Origin: an uncultured cyanobacterium
Lineage (GTDB): Bacteria; Cyanobacteriota; Cyanobacteriia; Phormidesmidales; Phormidesmidaceae
Assembly (NCBI GenBank): GCA_963793495.1
Contig: CAWCAI010000003.1
Span: forward strand, 626,124 to 690,123
Reading direction: 5' to 3'
Length of the DNA stretch: 64,000 nucleotides
The notes under the pieces are model-generated. The model did no database searches. It was not told the origin of the DNA and saw nothing but the letters and a program-made list of their open reading frames with translations. Made by a program: the position numbers and the translations under genes. Positions 21,168 through 30,491 of this stretch are shown piece by piece. Each line of letters starts with the position of its first letter. The stretch's first letter is position 1.

Positions 21168-21240
21168 GCCGGGATAGCTCAGCTGGTAGAGCAGTGGATT
21201 GAAAATCCTCGTGTCGGCGGTTCAAGTCCGCCTCCTGGCA
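21168..21240 (+). tRNA. trnF: tRNA-Phe (GAA)
   Basis: GCCGGGATAGCTCAGCTGGTAGAGC...TT-GAA-AA...GGTTCAAGTCC...CCTGGCA; CCA not encoded. Confidence 0.95.
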
Positions 21241-21258
21241 TATTAAATAATCAAATTA

Positions 21259-21288
21259 CCTCTGTCCATATAGGTCAGAGGATTTTTT
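21259..21288 (+). terminator. Terminator after tRNA-Phe
   Basis: CCTCTG/CAGAGG stem plus T run. Confidence 0.55.
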
Positions 21289-21319
21289 ATTCGGAGAACA
21301 TAGAGTCAGCTTTCAGCAA

Positions 21320-22160
21320 ATGGATTCAATAGCAAGCACCCTAATTGAGCAGGTCAACGATAATTTGCTTTCCATTGCGACCTTTTTAGCTTGTGTCGCC
21401 TGGCTCTGTCAACAAAATGGATGGATAAGAGCAGTCACACTTTGGTATACAGAAAGAACTACTGACAATCACAAGATCGTAGTTCCAGCGTTAGCAACAC
21501 TAGTGTTGCCTTTTGTCGTACCTGCATTCACTAGGCTCGTTCAACCTTTCTGGCATCAGACAACTAGCTACCTAATCCCATCTGTCACTACTTTATCGAC
21601 TTTTGTATTAGCCCAGTACCTTCTCGAGAAAAGAGAGCTTATCAAAGCAGAGAAAGTGACACAGAAAGTTAGAAACCAGGTAGTTTCTTATATATATCTA
21701 GATTTCTCTGTAGCTCAGAAATACTATCGAGAGAATAAGTTGAACACTCCAGATCACTTCCTCATAGAGAGAGATGATATATTACGATCCCAAACCCCTA
21801 AGAACCTACGCTGGCAGCATACAAGATACGACTAGAGATTTCTCTCTACTTCTCGTAGAGATGGACTTATTTGAGGAGTTATATAGCCTAGCAAGGTGTT
21901 TAGATAGATCCAATAGGATTGTAGGAGATCGGCAGTCAATCATCTCAAATGATAAGCAACAATACAGCAACAAATCTAATGTCGCTTATGGAATGACTGC
22001 ATTATGTAAGGAACGTTTACGCCCATTACACGAAGAGCTGCACGCTCTACACATTCAAATAGGAGGAATCAATAAGAAAATTGATTCAAAGCTTATTAGA
22101 CTACGCGAGACTGATACGTTACCTCAATACAAATCTGAAGATCAGAAGTTACCGTTCTAG
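21320..22160 (+). pseudogene. AT-rich hypothetical membrane protein gene, apparently split into two ORFs (21320-21835 and 21774-22160)
   Basis: ORFs overlap in different frames at an (AG)4A tract (21766-21774); N-terminal hydrophobic helices; no HIP1 seen. Confidence 0.5.
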
Positions 22161-22170
22161 ACTCTCAAAG

Positions 22171-22217
22171 GTATTAAAAGGCTGTTTTAGAAGCTCTTCG
22201 AAACAGCCTTTTAATAC
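22171..22217. terminator. Bidirectional terminator-like inverted repeat
   Basis: Perfect 17-bp IR GTATTAAAAGGCTGTTT / AAACAGCCTTTTAATAC between convergent genes. Confidence 0.7.
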
Positions 22218-22274
22218 ACGCAATAACTACTAAATAACCAACCCGACATAATCTGAAATGAACTTGCGAGCCAT

Positions 22275-22796
22275 CTAAGGAATGGCTTTGAGGGTCACGC
22301 CTAGCTGCTGAGAGATCCAGAATTCGGTGCTGCGTAGGAGGTTTCTAGGATCTTTTGAGTTGGGTTCTAGCATGGGTGCAACCAGGATAGTGAATAAGCC
22401 CAGTCGATTGCCTGCTAGTACGTCTGTGAATAGGCGATCGCCCACCATCGCAATCTGCTCAAACGGTAGATCCATCGCATTTGCCGCCGTACGGAGTTTA
22501 CGACGGGAAGGCTTGCTTGCGCTAGCGACAAACGGCACCTGCAAGCTGTCAGCGATTTGACGAATGCGCACCTGACCGGTGTTGTTACTCACAAGGGCCA
22601 AAGGCACGGTTTCTTTGATGCTTTGGGCCCAAGATAGGACATCGGCGTCCAGCATCTTTTTGCCGATTGGCACGATAGTTTCATCCACATCTAGCACTAG
22701 TCCTCTTAATCTTCTTTGCTGGAGAAGTTCGGGGGTAATGCCTAGCACAGACTGGCCTAGAACCAAGTCTGGCTGCAAAAGTTCAATCCAGCTCAT
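22275..22796 (-). CDS. YqeG-family HAD IIIA phosphatase
   Basis: LDVDETIV, LVSNN, ASKP, MVGDRLFTDVLAGNRLG. Confidence 0.92.
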   Translation of the reverse strand: MSWIELLQPDLVLGQSVLGITPELLQQRRLRGLVLDVDETIVPIGKKMLDADVLSWAQSIKETVPLALVSNNTGQVRIRQIADSLQVPFVASASKPSRRKLRTAANAMDLPFEQIAMVGDRLFTDVLAGNRLGLFTILVAPMLEPNSKDPRNLLRSTEFWISQQLGVTLKAIP

Positions 22797-22826
22797 AGTA
22801 ATTTCATAGGGTGTTTTGGCGATTGA

Positions 22827-23888
22827 TTAGTCGAATTCAGCTTCGACGCGATCGCGAATCTGATCTTGCGCCTGCAAATGTTCGTCAATAGTACGACTGA
22901 ACACATGGGTGCCATCGTAGCGAGCGACAAAGAATAGAAAATCGGTTGGCCCAGGGTCAAGCGAGGCAGTTAGACTGGCCGCGCCTGGACTAGCGATCGG
23001 GGTCGGTGTCAGTCCCGGATTGATGTACGTGTTGTAAGGGTCGGGCGTTTCTACCTGAGCAAAGGTGAGGGGCGTCTCTGGCGTTTGGATGATGTTGAAC
23101 GCATACTCTACCGTTGGATCAGAGCCGAAAGGAATGCCTTCTTCTAAGCGGCGAGCAAAAACGCTGGCAATCTGATCACGCTCGTCGGCAACGACGGCCT
23201 CTTTCTCGACAATGCTGGCCAAGGTCACCCAGTCTAAGAGGCTATAGTCGCTAGGCTCCGAGTCGTATATCGGCAGCGCTACAGCTTCAAACTGGCTGAG
23301 CATAGCGTCTACCAAACTTTCAGCGGTAATGATGTCGCTGCCGATCTGATAGGTATCTGGATAGAGAAAGCCTTCTAGATGAGGAATCCCATCTGGCAGC
23401 CAGGGATATTTTTCATAGGGAATATTTTCGGTCGCAGCCAGGAATTCATCGGCGGTAGTGAAGCCTCTAGCTTCAAAGCGCTCTGCCATTTGGGTGCGTC
23501 GCCAGCCTTCTGGAATCGTAAAGCTGACTTGAACTACATCACCGTCCCAGATCGTGTTAGCGATTTCATTCAGGCTTTGAGTCGGTGAAATGATGTAGCT
23601 GCCCGCCTGAAAGCCGCCTTCTTTGCCTCGAAATGATTTCCATCTGGCAAGCAGCTTCCAGGCGGTGGTGGATTTGATCAGACCGGCGGCTTCTAGATCC
23701 TGACCTATTTGGTTAGAGGCTGTGCCAGGTGGAATCTGGACCTGCATGAAGCTTTCTTCAGTAGCGGCCTCTTCGGTCTCTAGTACAGGAGACTTGGCCC
23801 AGCTCCACCAAAGCCAGCTCTGACTAGCTGCGCCCGCGGCTAAGGCGATCAGCACAATTGGAAATAGACGACGCTTCAAACCGGGCAT
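22827..23888 (-). CDS. mltG: Endolytic transglycosylase MltG
   Basis: TIPEG, LEGFLYPDTY, LASIVEKE, SDPTVEY, YNTY..PGLTPTPIASPG, FLFFVA. Confidence 0.95.
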   Translation of the reverse strand: MPGLKRRLFPIVLIALAAGAASQSWLWWSWAKSPVLETEEAATEESFMQVQIPPGTASNQIGQDLEAAGLIKSTTAWKLLARWKSFRGKEGGFQAGSYIISPTQSLNEIANTIWDGDVVQVSFTIPEGWRRTQMAERFEARGFTTADEFLAATENIPYEKYPWLPDGIPHLEGFLYPDTYQIGSDIITAESLVDAMLSQFEAVALPIYDSEPSDYSLLDWVTLASIVEKEAVVADERDQIASVFARRLEEGIPFGSDPTVEYAFNIIQTPETPLTFAQVETPDPYNTYINPGLTPTPIASPGAASLTASLDPGPTDFLFFVARYDGTHVFSRTIDEHLQAQDQIRDRVEAEFD

Positions 23889-23999
23889 ATCAAGATGAGC
23901 ATATCAAGAAGGGCTTATCAGAACAGGCATAAGGGACGTGCGCCTTGCTTTTGCATTAGGATTTTGCACCAGGAAGGGCAAAACGTCCAGTCCAAGCCT

Positions 24000-24659
24000 C
24001 TAGTCTAAAACGTCAAAGAGTTTGTCTTCTAGCTGCGATCGCATCTTCTGAAAATCCTCTGGGTCGACTAGCTCGATCGAGCCATCACTGGCCCGCTGAG
24101 CAAAGAACAAGAGCGGATCAAGCGGCGTACATAGGGTGTACTGAGCATCTTCATGAAAGAAAGTTGCCAGCATCTGAAACTCTTCAGTCACCGGATGCGA
24201 GTCGCCTTCTTCACTGATATCTAGAGAAAAGCAGTCGTCTTCGTCCGCTTCAGGCAAATCGCCCGCCGCCGTCAAGGTATGAGCAGAGCGCTCCAAAATT
24301 AAGTCAAGTTCAGCCAGCACCGCCCTCGCCGAAGGAAACAGAGCGTCAATCGCCTCATCTTCAACATCGACAAGGATTTCGGTGGCATCTTCACCATCCG
24401 CCTCATCGTCGGGCTCCCAGACAAAAATTTCAATTGGCAGATTGACAGGCAGTAGCAGCAAAAATTCTGAGCCTTCTACCTCAATACTTTTTTCTACATA
24501 GCAAGCTAGCTGTCGCCCGTCCTCATCTTTGAGACTAATGACCGGATATTCAGTAGGTTCATCTAGCATATTGGAATCAATGGCCACAGTCTTTCCTCCT
24601 AACTTTGTTGTCGCGTACGTTGTTGCGTAGCTGCCCGTTTGATCACCGCTTTGAGCCAC
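24000..24659 (-). CDS. DUF3727 domain protein
   Basis: Acidic; LKDEDGRQLACYVE, ARAVLAELDL.L...A.TLT, YTLCTPLDPLLFFA; usual position between ruvX and mltG. Confidence 0.8.
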   Translation of the reverse strand: MAQSGDQTGSYATTYATTKLGGKTVAIDSNMLDEPTEYPVISLKDEDGRQLACYVEKSIEVEGSEFLLLLPVNLPIEIFVWEPDDEADGEDATEILVDVEDEAIDALFPSARAVLAELDLILERSAHTLTAAGDLPEADEDDCFSLDISEEGDSHPVTEEFQMLATFFHEDAQYTLCTPLDPLLFFAQRASDGSIELVDPEDFQKMRSQLEDKLFDVLD

Positions 24660-24681
24660 TTACACCGTTTGCTTCGAGCTG

Positions 24682-24723
24682 CTCACTCCAAGGCTACTCA
24701 CTCCAAGGCTACTCACTCCAAGG
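24682..24723. repeat. 15-nt tandem repeat, about 2.8 copies
   Basis: CTCACTCCAAGGCTA x2 plus CTCACTCCAAGG. Confidence 0.9.
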
Positions 24724-24742
24724 TTGTTCGCTTCAAGCTACT

Positions 24743-25174
24743 CTAGGTGAGCAGGTTATGGGTTCGTCTTTCGTCTAGCCACTGCTGCAGAATGATGGCA
24801 GCCGCTTTTCGATCGATCAGTTCTTTGTGTTTAGAGAGCGAACGCCTTTGCGCTAGTAGCATTTGCTCAGCTTCAACAGAAGTCATCCGTTCGTCTACAA
24901 ACTCCACCGGTAGTCCTAGCGATTGTGACAGCCTGTGGGCAAACTTCTGAATCTTTTTGGCCTGAAAGCCAATCTGCCCCTCCATAGTGTACGGCAGACC
25001 GACCACCAAAATTTCGACCGATCGCTCTTGAATGAGCGCTTGGAGCGGACCAAGAATGCTCTCAAAGCTGGTCTTGTGAAGGGTAGTTAGACCCGTGGCG
25101 ATTAGACCGGTGCGATCGCAGCCAGCAACTCCGATTCGCTTTGCCCCCAAATCTAATCCCAGTGCAGAAACCAT
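24743..25174 (-). CDS. ruvX: YqgF/RuvX RNase H-like nuclease
   Basis: LGLDLGAKRIGVA, VVGLP, VDERMTS, IDRKAAAIILQ. Confidence 0.93.
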   Translation of the reverse strand: MVSALGLDLGAKRIGVAGCDRTGLIATGLTTLHKTSFESILGPLQALIQERSVEILVVGLPYTMEGQIGFQAKKIQKFAHRLSQSLGLPVEFVDERMTSVEAEQMLLAQRRSLSKHKELIDRKAAAIILQQWLDERRTHNLLT

Positions 25175-25210
25175 AGTCCCATTAACAGTCCCACTAACAG
25201 TTCCATCAAC
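25175..25210. repeat. 12-nt imperfect tandem repeat x3
   Basis: AGTCCCATTAAC / AGTCCCACTAAC / AGTTCCATCAAC just upstream of the ruvX start. Confidence 0.8.
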
Positions 25211-25291
25211 AAGCGCCGTCTCAAGAATGCTAACGCTGCTTGCCCTTATCTTCTGCCTTTCTTATCTAGCCTTCTTATTGGGTCTTCTTAT

Positions 25292-26644
25292 TTAGCCTTC
25301 TTTCTTTGTGTCAAAGCCATCCATATCAGACTCAGCCGAGCGCTGATCTGCTGACAGCCGCGACATTTTCTCTAGGGAGAACCGGTCCCAAGCCAATCCG
25401 TCCCAGGTCAACCCATCGCTAGAAGGCTCCTCAATCGCTGGTCCTAAATTTGCTTCTCGCCAAGAAAACCGGCCTGGCAAAGGTGATCCTGTCGGCTGTA
25501 ACCCCGGCAATACGTCCGGCATCTTCAATCCTTCTAAAGCTCCGGCCTTGGACTCGCGCACCTTATGCCACACAGAACGAGACATCATCAGCGTATGGTC
25601 GATTTCTAGCGCTCCGATCTGACGCAAGTACACCTCTCGCTCTGTCTGGTAGTCCAAAGACAAAATTCGCAGCGGCTGATTCGGGAACTTCTGGACGACA
25701 CCCGCCATCTGCGCCATCAGCTCCGGGTAGAGCCATGTATAGGCCGGATGCACCGTCAGTTTTGCGTTGTGGGCTCCCATACCGTCTCGGCATAGCTTCA
25801 GCTCAAAATAGCCAATTGCCGTCTTCCGCTGCGGTTCAAATACATAGGCAGACACCGTTTCTTTCTTGTACATCCAGCGCACGAATCGTTTCTTTAGTTT
25901 GCCCGAGAGCGTCGTCCTAAAGTCGTGAATCTGATAGTCCAGCACCTGACGCACGAGCGGCGGAATCGATACGGTCTCTAGCTGATAGATCAGCTGAGCG
26001 TCAGCATTGCTCACTGGCAATAGGTTGGGCAGGTCAGGATCGTGCTCTGACAAACTAGCTAGCTGCTCAGGCTGAATAGACCAGTAGGTCGCTTTTGCCA
26101 GCGGCTGAAAACCATTCTGACGGTACAGCGCTAGACCAAACTGGTCATTCACATCCGTTTCACTAATCCAGTACTGCGCCTCGCGAATATGCTCAAAACA
26201 GTAGCGCAGTAGCTGTGAGCCCACATCCATCGCCAAGTGCAGCTTTGGCTCACCGCCTGCGGTTTCTTCCTTAGCTGCTTTTGCATTGCTCTTTGCTGTC
26301 TTGTTCTTTATCGCCTTGTCTTTCGCTAGGTTCACCAGAATTCGATCAACTTTCCAGGTGCTTAGAGTTTGGTTGAATGGAGTCACCTGAATCATGCCCT
26401 GAGGGGAACCGTTTGCCTCTGCCACAAAAGCGGAGAACAGGTGCTTCAAGGGGTTAGGGAACAGCGTCAGTGCCTTCATCGGTCCATACCAACGGCGCAT
26501 CTGCTGGACGTATTCTTCTACAGCCTGTGCGTTCGTATCATGAGAGCCCACCTCTGTGGAGCCTTCGCTCACAAAAGTATCTAGATCACGCAGATGCACG
26601 GAGCGGATGGAGAGCTCTGTGTTTTGGGAGTTACTGCGAGCCAT
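25292..26644 (-). CDS. GNAT-family N-acetyltransferase-like protein
   Basis: GSQLLRYCFE, LALYRQNGFQPLA; conserved cyanobacterial neighbour of ruvX. Confidence 0.75.
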   Translation of the reverse strand: MARSNSQNTELSIRSVHLRDLDTFVSEGSTEVGSHDTNAQAVEEYVQQMRRWYGPMKALTLFPNPLKHLFSAFVAEANGSPQGMIQVTPFNQTLSTWKVDRILVNLAKDKAIKNKTAKSNAKAAKEETAGGEPKLHLAMDVGSQLLRYCFEHIREAQYWISETDVNDQFGLALYRQNGFQPLAKATYWSIQPEQLASLSEHDPDLPNLLPVSNADAQLIYQLETVSIPPLVRQVLDYQIHDFRTTLSGKLKKRFVRWMYKKETVSAYVFEPQRKTAIGYFELKLCRDGMGAHNAKLTVHPAYTWLYPELMAQMAGVVQKFPNQPLRILSLDYQTEREVYLRQIGALEIDHTLMMSRSVWHKVRESKAGALEGLKMPDVLPGLQPTGSPLPGRFSWREANLGPAIEEPSSDGLTWDGLAWDRFSLEKMSRLSADQRSAESDMDGFDTKKEG

Positions 26645-26733
26645 GGTGAACCTAGTGAAAGACGTGGAATTAAAGGTGTAAGAGGCGGAATGAGAGATAG
26701 GGAACGGGGGCAGAAGCTTGTGGAGGAGCTAGA

Positions 26734-27900
26734 TTAAGCTTTGGGTCGAATTAGGACGACAGGGGTCTGCTCATCAGCGTTGCCTGCTGGATTGTCAATC
26801 AGTGCCTGAATCAGCAGCTGCTCGTCTGTATTTGCGCTCTTGGCTAGTATTTTAACCGCTTTTAAATCGTTGACATCAACGATGGCGGCTTTGAGTCCGG
26901 TTTCTTGAAAAATTTGGTCGACTAGCTGCTGAGAGTGATTGGGTCCGAGCACAATGAATTGGTCAAATGGGGGCAGGGTGCCAGTAACATCGTCGATCAA
27001 CCTAGCCTGCTCGCCAGCCAAGCGATAGAACATACCTGGACTGCCGAAGATTTTGGCGATCGCACCCAAGACAAAAGCACCCCCCACCTGCCACGGACCC
27101 GACACATCGATCAAGGTTTGCATACCGCAGGCCGTCGCCAGACTCGATGTCGGCATAAAGTAGTAGCACAGTCGCTTAGCTAGCCAGCCTGGTTTTACCG
27201 TGGTGGGGTGGCGCAGGCGGTTCTGCATAATCGCAACGGGCGTTTCACCAATAGTGACAATATCGCCGGGCTTAGCACAAGGAGCAACGTACTTTTTGAC
27301 GACCTCTACGGTGTCATCCAGATTAGTGAGCAGGTGCGTTGGAATAGGCAGAATATGAGCAACGCTATTTTCTCGCCAGCTGGTAGCCTCTTCTGGATTA
27401 GGAAACTTTAGCGGGACGATTAGGTGGCCCGTCTTGGGAATGCGACCTTCAGGTCCGTAGGTGAGATAGTTGACCTTTAGCCACAGAGATTTGAGCTGGC
27501 TAAGGTTAGCACCGGTAATCTCTACTTTGATTTTGGCCTGGGTCGTTTTACCGACTTTGACGATATAGGCAAACCAGTAGTTGTCATCGCGGGCAGGAAA
27601 ATCTGTATGCGCTGGCGTGATCTCTGTTTTGACGGTGATGCCGTCTAGACTGCTGCTAGAGAGTAGTTCGTAGTCAAGGCTGACTTCTGGAATGAAGATT
27701 TCGAGTGCGGGAGTGCGATTGGTGAAGACGGTGTCTAAGGAAAAGACATAATGATCGCTATCGTAGGTATCAAATCGCCAGTCGGTAGCGCTGAGCACCA
27801 GGTCGTTGCCAGGACGCTGACGGTATTGCCACTCTATAAGTAGGTAGCCAACGATGCCGAACATCACCAGCAATAGCACTAACGAACCTAATAGCTCCAT
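26734..27900 (-). CDS. F420-0:gamma-glutamyl ligase (CofE-like) family protein with N-terminal membrane anchor
   Basis: GDIVTIGETPVAIMQ, IDDVTGTLPPFD, AIVDVNDL, DNPAGNADEQTPVVLIRP. Confidence 0.8.
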   Translation of the reverse strand: MELLGSLVLLLVMFGIVGYLLIEWQYRQRPGNDLVLSATDWRFDTYDSDHYVFSLDTVFTNRTPALEIFIPEVSLDYELLSSSSLDGITVKTEITPAHTDFPARDDNYWFAYIVKVGKTTQAKIKVEITGANLSQLKSLWLKVNYLTYGPEGRIPKTGHLIVPLKFPNPEEATSWRENSVAHILPIPTHLLTNLDDTVEVVKKYVAPCAKPGDIVTIGETPVAIMQNRLRHPTTVKPGWLAKRLCYYFMPTSSLATACGMQTLIDVSGPWQVGGAFVLGAIAKIFGSPGMFYRLAGEQARLIDDVTGTLPPFDQFIVLGPNHSQQLVDQIFQETGLKAAIVDVNDLKAVKILAKSANTDEQLLIQALIDNPAGNADEQTPVVLIRPKA

Positions 27901-27978
27901 GTAACCTCTGCGTCCCAACTAGCTGAACAAACCGAATTCCTTACGCCCCAGATTGTATAGCAAAGTTCGGTATCTGCT

Positions 27979-28056
27979 GCTAGCTGAGCGCAGCCGCCTT
28001 TCGACTACGCTCAAGGCTCGGTCGCTGACACTACCGCTAGCTGAGCGCAGCCGAAG
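27979..28056. repeat. REP-like palindromic element, three copies
   Basis: GCTAGCTGAGCGCAGCCG at 27979-27996 and 28036-28053, with an inverted variant TTCGACTACGCTCAAG between them. Confidence 0.7.
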
Positions 28057-28557
28057 CTACAGCAAACCAAACAGTCCGTCATCGAGTTCGTAGCCCAGCA
28101 TCTGAGTCATAAACTTTAGCCGGGAGCGGCCATCAATGCCGTTTTGCTTGAGCCAGCGATCGAGAACGAACACCTTTCCCATCACGAAAATTTCTAGAGC
28201 CTCAGGGTTGTAGCGGATGCCGTCAATCGGGCTGAACTGGTGGGGCACTAGCATAGCAGTGTAGCGGCTCAGCTCACCGGATTCCCAGTCTAAGTACAGC
28301 GGTAGCCAGGGGTAGAGGGTATCTAGGCGAATGAACCACAGGCGAATTTCTGGAACTTCAGAAAGTTCGCGCGGATCGCTGGCTTCGCGGGGGAAGTCGA
28401 TCTCGAAGCTGAAGCGGAATTTGGGATCGCGCAGGCGGCTCTGGTCTGGAGCGATCGCATCAATCACTGCTTGGGCAGGCGTAAGATCGAGGGTTTGGAA
28501 ATAGATGGGACTAAGGGCGATCGCAGGCTTCATTGGGTCTGTTAGTTGGTCAGGCAT
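28057..28557 (-). CDS. CRR6-family NdhI maturation factor
   Basis: EIDFPREASDPRELSEVPEIRLWFIRLD..YPWLP, RYTAMLVPHQF, NPEALEIFVM. Confidence 0.9.
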   Translation of the reverse strand: MPDQLTDPMKPAIALSPIYFQTLDLTPAQAVIDAIAPDQSRLRDPKFRFSFEIDFPREASDPRELSEVPEIRLWFIRLDTLYPWLPLYLDWESGELSRYTAMLVPHQFSPIDGIRYNPEALEIFVMGKVFVLDRWLKQNGIDGRSRLKFMTQMLGYELDDGLFGLL

Positions 28558-28712
28558 AAGGCAAAATCTTTATCTGGGTTCTAACGGGGCTATTAGATAA
28601 TGGCGGAGCTGACGATAGCAAACTTCATCTACTGTCGAAAAATGACAGCGAAGAGACAGGCTATTGTGAATTATCCCGTCTTTTTTCCTTCAGGTTTCGC
28701 CCTCCGATCGCT

Positions 28713-29852
28713 ATGGTTGACTCTTCAACTTCTTCCTCAGACGCTCCCTTGCGCATCTGCATCACGCTAGGCACTCGCCCTGAAGCCATCAAACTTGCCC
28801 CCGTCATTCAAACCTTCCAAAAGCTCTCCCAGTTTGACACCAAAGTTGTCCTGACCGGACAGCATCGCGAGATGGTTGCTCAGGTGATGTCCCTGTTCGA
28901 TCTAAAAGCTGACTACAACCTAGACATCATGCAGCCGAAGCAGACTCTAGGCGATATTACCTGCCGCTGCCTTCAAGGACTAGAAAAACTGTTTGTTGCC
29001 ATGAAGCCTGACATGGTTATCTCTCAAGGCGACACTACCACTGCCTTCGCTGCGGCGCTCGCTGCCTTCTACCAGCAAATTCCTGTCGGCCATGTCGAAG
29101 CTGGACTGCGCACCGACAACATTTTGGACCCTTTCCCCGAAGAAGCCAATCGCCGCCTAGTTTCCCAGATTGCGACTCTCCACTTTGCGCCCACAGAAAC
29201 CTCAGTGGCCAATCTCAAAGCCTCCGGCGTCACAACCGGCATTCATCAAACTGGCAATACCGTCATCGACGCGCTGCTGAGGGTTGCAGATCGATCGCCC
29301 GACTGCGATATTCCTGGACTCGACTGGTCCAAACATCGCGTTGTTCTCTCCACCGTTCACCGCCGAGAGAACTGGGGCGCGCCTCTTCAGAACATTGCTC
29401 AAAGCTTTTCACAAATTCTAGACAAGTTTCCAGATACGGCTCTACTGCTGCCGCTGCACCGCAATCCGACCGTACGAGACCCGCTCAAGGCGCTGTTAGA
29501 TGATCATCCTCGGACCTTCTTAGTCGAGCCGCTAGACTACGCGCAGCTAGTTGGTGCGATGAAACGGGCCTATTTACTGCTGACCGACTCGGGCGGCCTC
29601 CAAGAAGAAGCGCCAGGACTCGGGAAACCGGTACTGGTCTTGAGGGAAACGACAGAGCGACCCGAAGCCGTCACTGCCGGTACTGCCAAGCTAGTCGGGA
29701 CTAATCCAACCCGTGTAGTCGCCGCTGCCTCAGAGCTGTTGGGCAGTGACGAAGCCTACGCAGTGATGGCAAAAGCAGTCAATCCGTTTGGCGATGGCCG
29801 CGCTTCTGAACGCATAGCTGGCATCGTCACAGATTATCTAATGAAATCATGA
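28713..29852 (+). CDS. wecB: UDP-N-acetylglucosamine 2-epimerase (non-hydrolysing)
   Basis: GTRPEAIKLAP, QGDTTT, HVEAGLR, TDSGGLQEEAP. Confidence 0.95.
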   Translation: MVDSSTSSSDAPLRICITLGTRPEAIKLAPVIQTFQKLSQFDTKVVLTGQHREMVAQVMSLFDLKADYNLDIMQPKQTLGDITCRCLQGLEKLFVAMKPDMVISQGDTTTAFAAALAAFYQQIPVGHVEAGLRTDNILDPFPEEANRRLVSQIATLHFAPTETSVANLKASGVTTGIHQTGNTVIDALLRVADRSPDCDIPGLDWSKHRVVLSTVHRRENWGAPLQNIAQSFSQILDKFPDTALLLPLHRNPTVRDPLKALLDDHPRTFLVEPLDYAQLVGAMKRAYLLLTDSGGLQEEAPGLGKPVLVLRETTERPEAVTAGTAKLVGTNPTRVVAAASELLGSDEAYAVMAKAVNPFGDGRASERIAGIVTDYLMKS

Positions 29853-29879
29853 CCTTACGATCGATGTCAGCTTAAGCCG

Positions 29880-30152
29880 TTACTCGTCTTTGGTCTTTCT
29901 GACTAGGTTTTTTTTCGATGCCTTTAGCTCTTTCCATAGCTTTTTGATGTTGTCGTACGCTTCACTGCTGCTGACCTTGCCTCCAGTTTCCAAATTACAG
30001 ATCAGAGATACTCGCTGAGCAAACTCCTGCAAGTTGGCATTGAAAGCCAAATTTTGGGGCGTAAAGTCTCCCTGATACTTACTTTTCGGTGTTAGAAAGT
30101 TATCTAGCTGTCTTTTCTTATCTGACTGCTCTTTGTCATCTTTTTTTGGCAT
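29880..30152 (-). CDS. Conserved small cyanobacterial hypothetical protein
   Basis: YQGDFTPQNLAFNANLQEFAQRVSLICNLETGGK. Confidence 0.8.
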   Translation of the reverse strand: MPKKDDKEQSDKKRQLDNFLTPKSKYQGDFTPQNLAFNANLQEFAQRVSLICNLETGGKVSSSEAYDNIKKLWKELKASKKNLVRKTKDE

Positions 30153-30491
30153 TGAGTGCGCTCCTGAGTCTCACGTTGAGCATAGTTTACTCAAGCTACT
30201 CTTAATTCTAGGCTACGGGCTTTGGCTTGTCTGCTGGCGTCGTTAGCAAAACGGGCGGATTGGGCGGTGAACTGTGGCAGCGTGAGCAATTGTCATTGAC
30301 TTCTCAACTAATGATGAAGTGAATGGGTAAGATACTAGTATCAAATCTTTTTTGTGCATGTCTTTCTTTGCGCAGTTTACGCCGATGAAGCTTATGCGCC
30401 CAAGAGCCGTGCAGGTGCGTCTTGCCCTCCGGTGCGCTTTGCCTGGGCGCTTTGCTCTGTAAACAAGCCGTCGTTTATCTCTCCTGTATTC

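Noticed and set aside
21241-22270. Integrative element with attL/attR at tRNA-Phe
   Set aside because: No integrase and no duplicated tRNA 3' end was found.
24682-24723. Possible mini-CRISPR array
   Set aside because: 15-nt units are contiguous with no spacers, and no cas genes are nearby. The solo Cas4-like gene is 18 kb away with no array.
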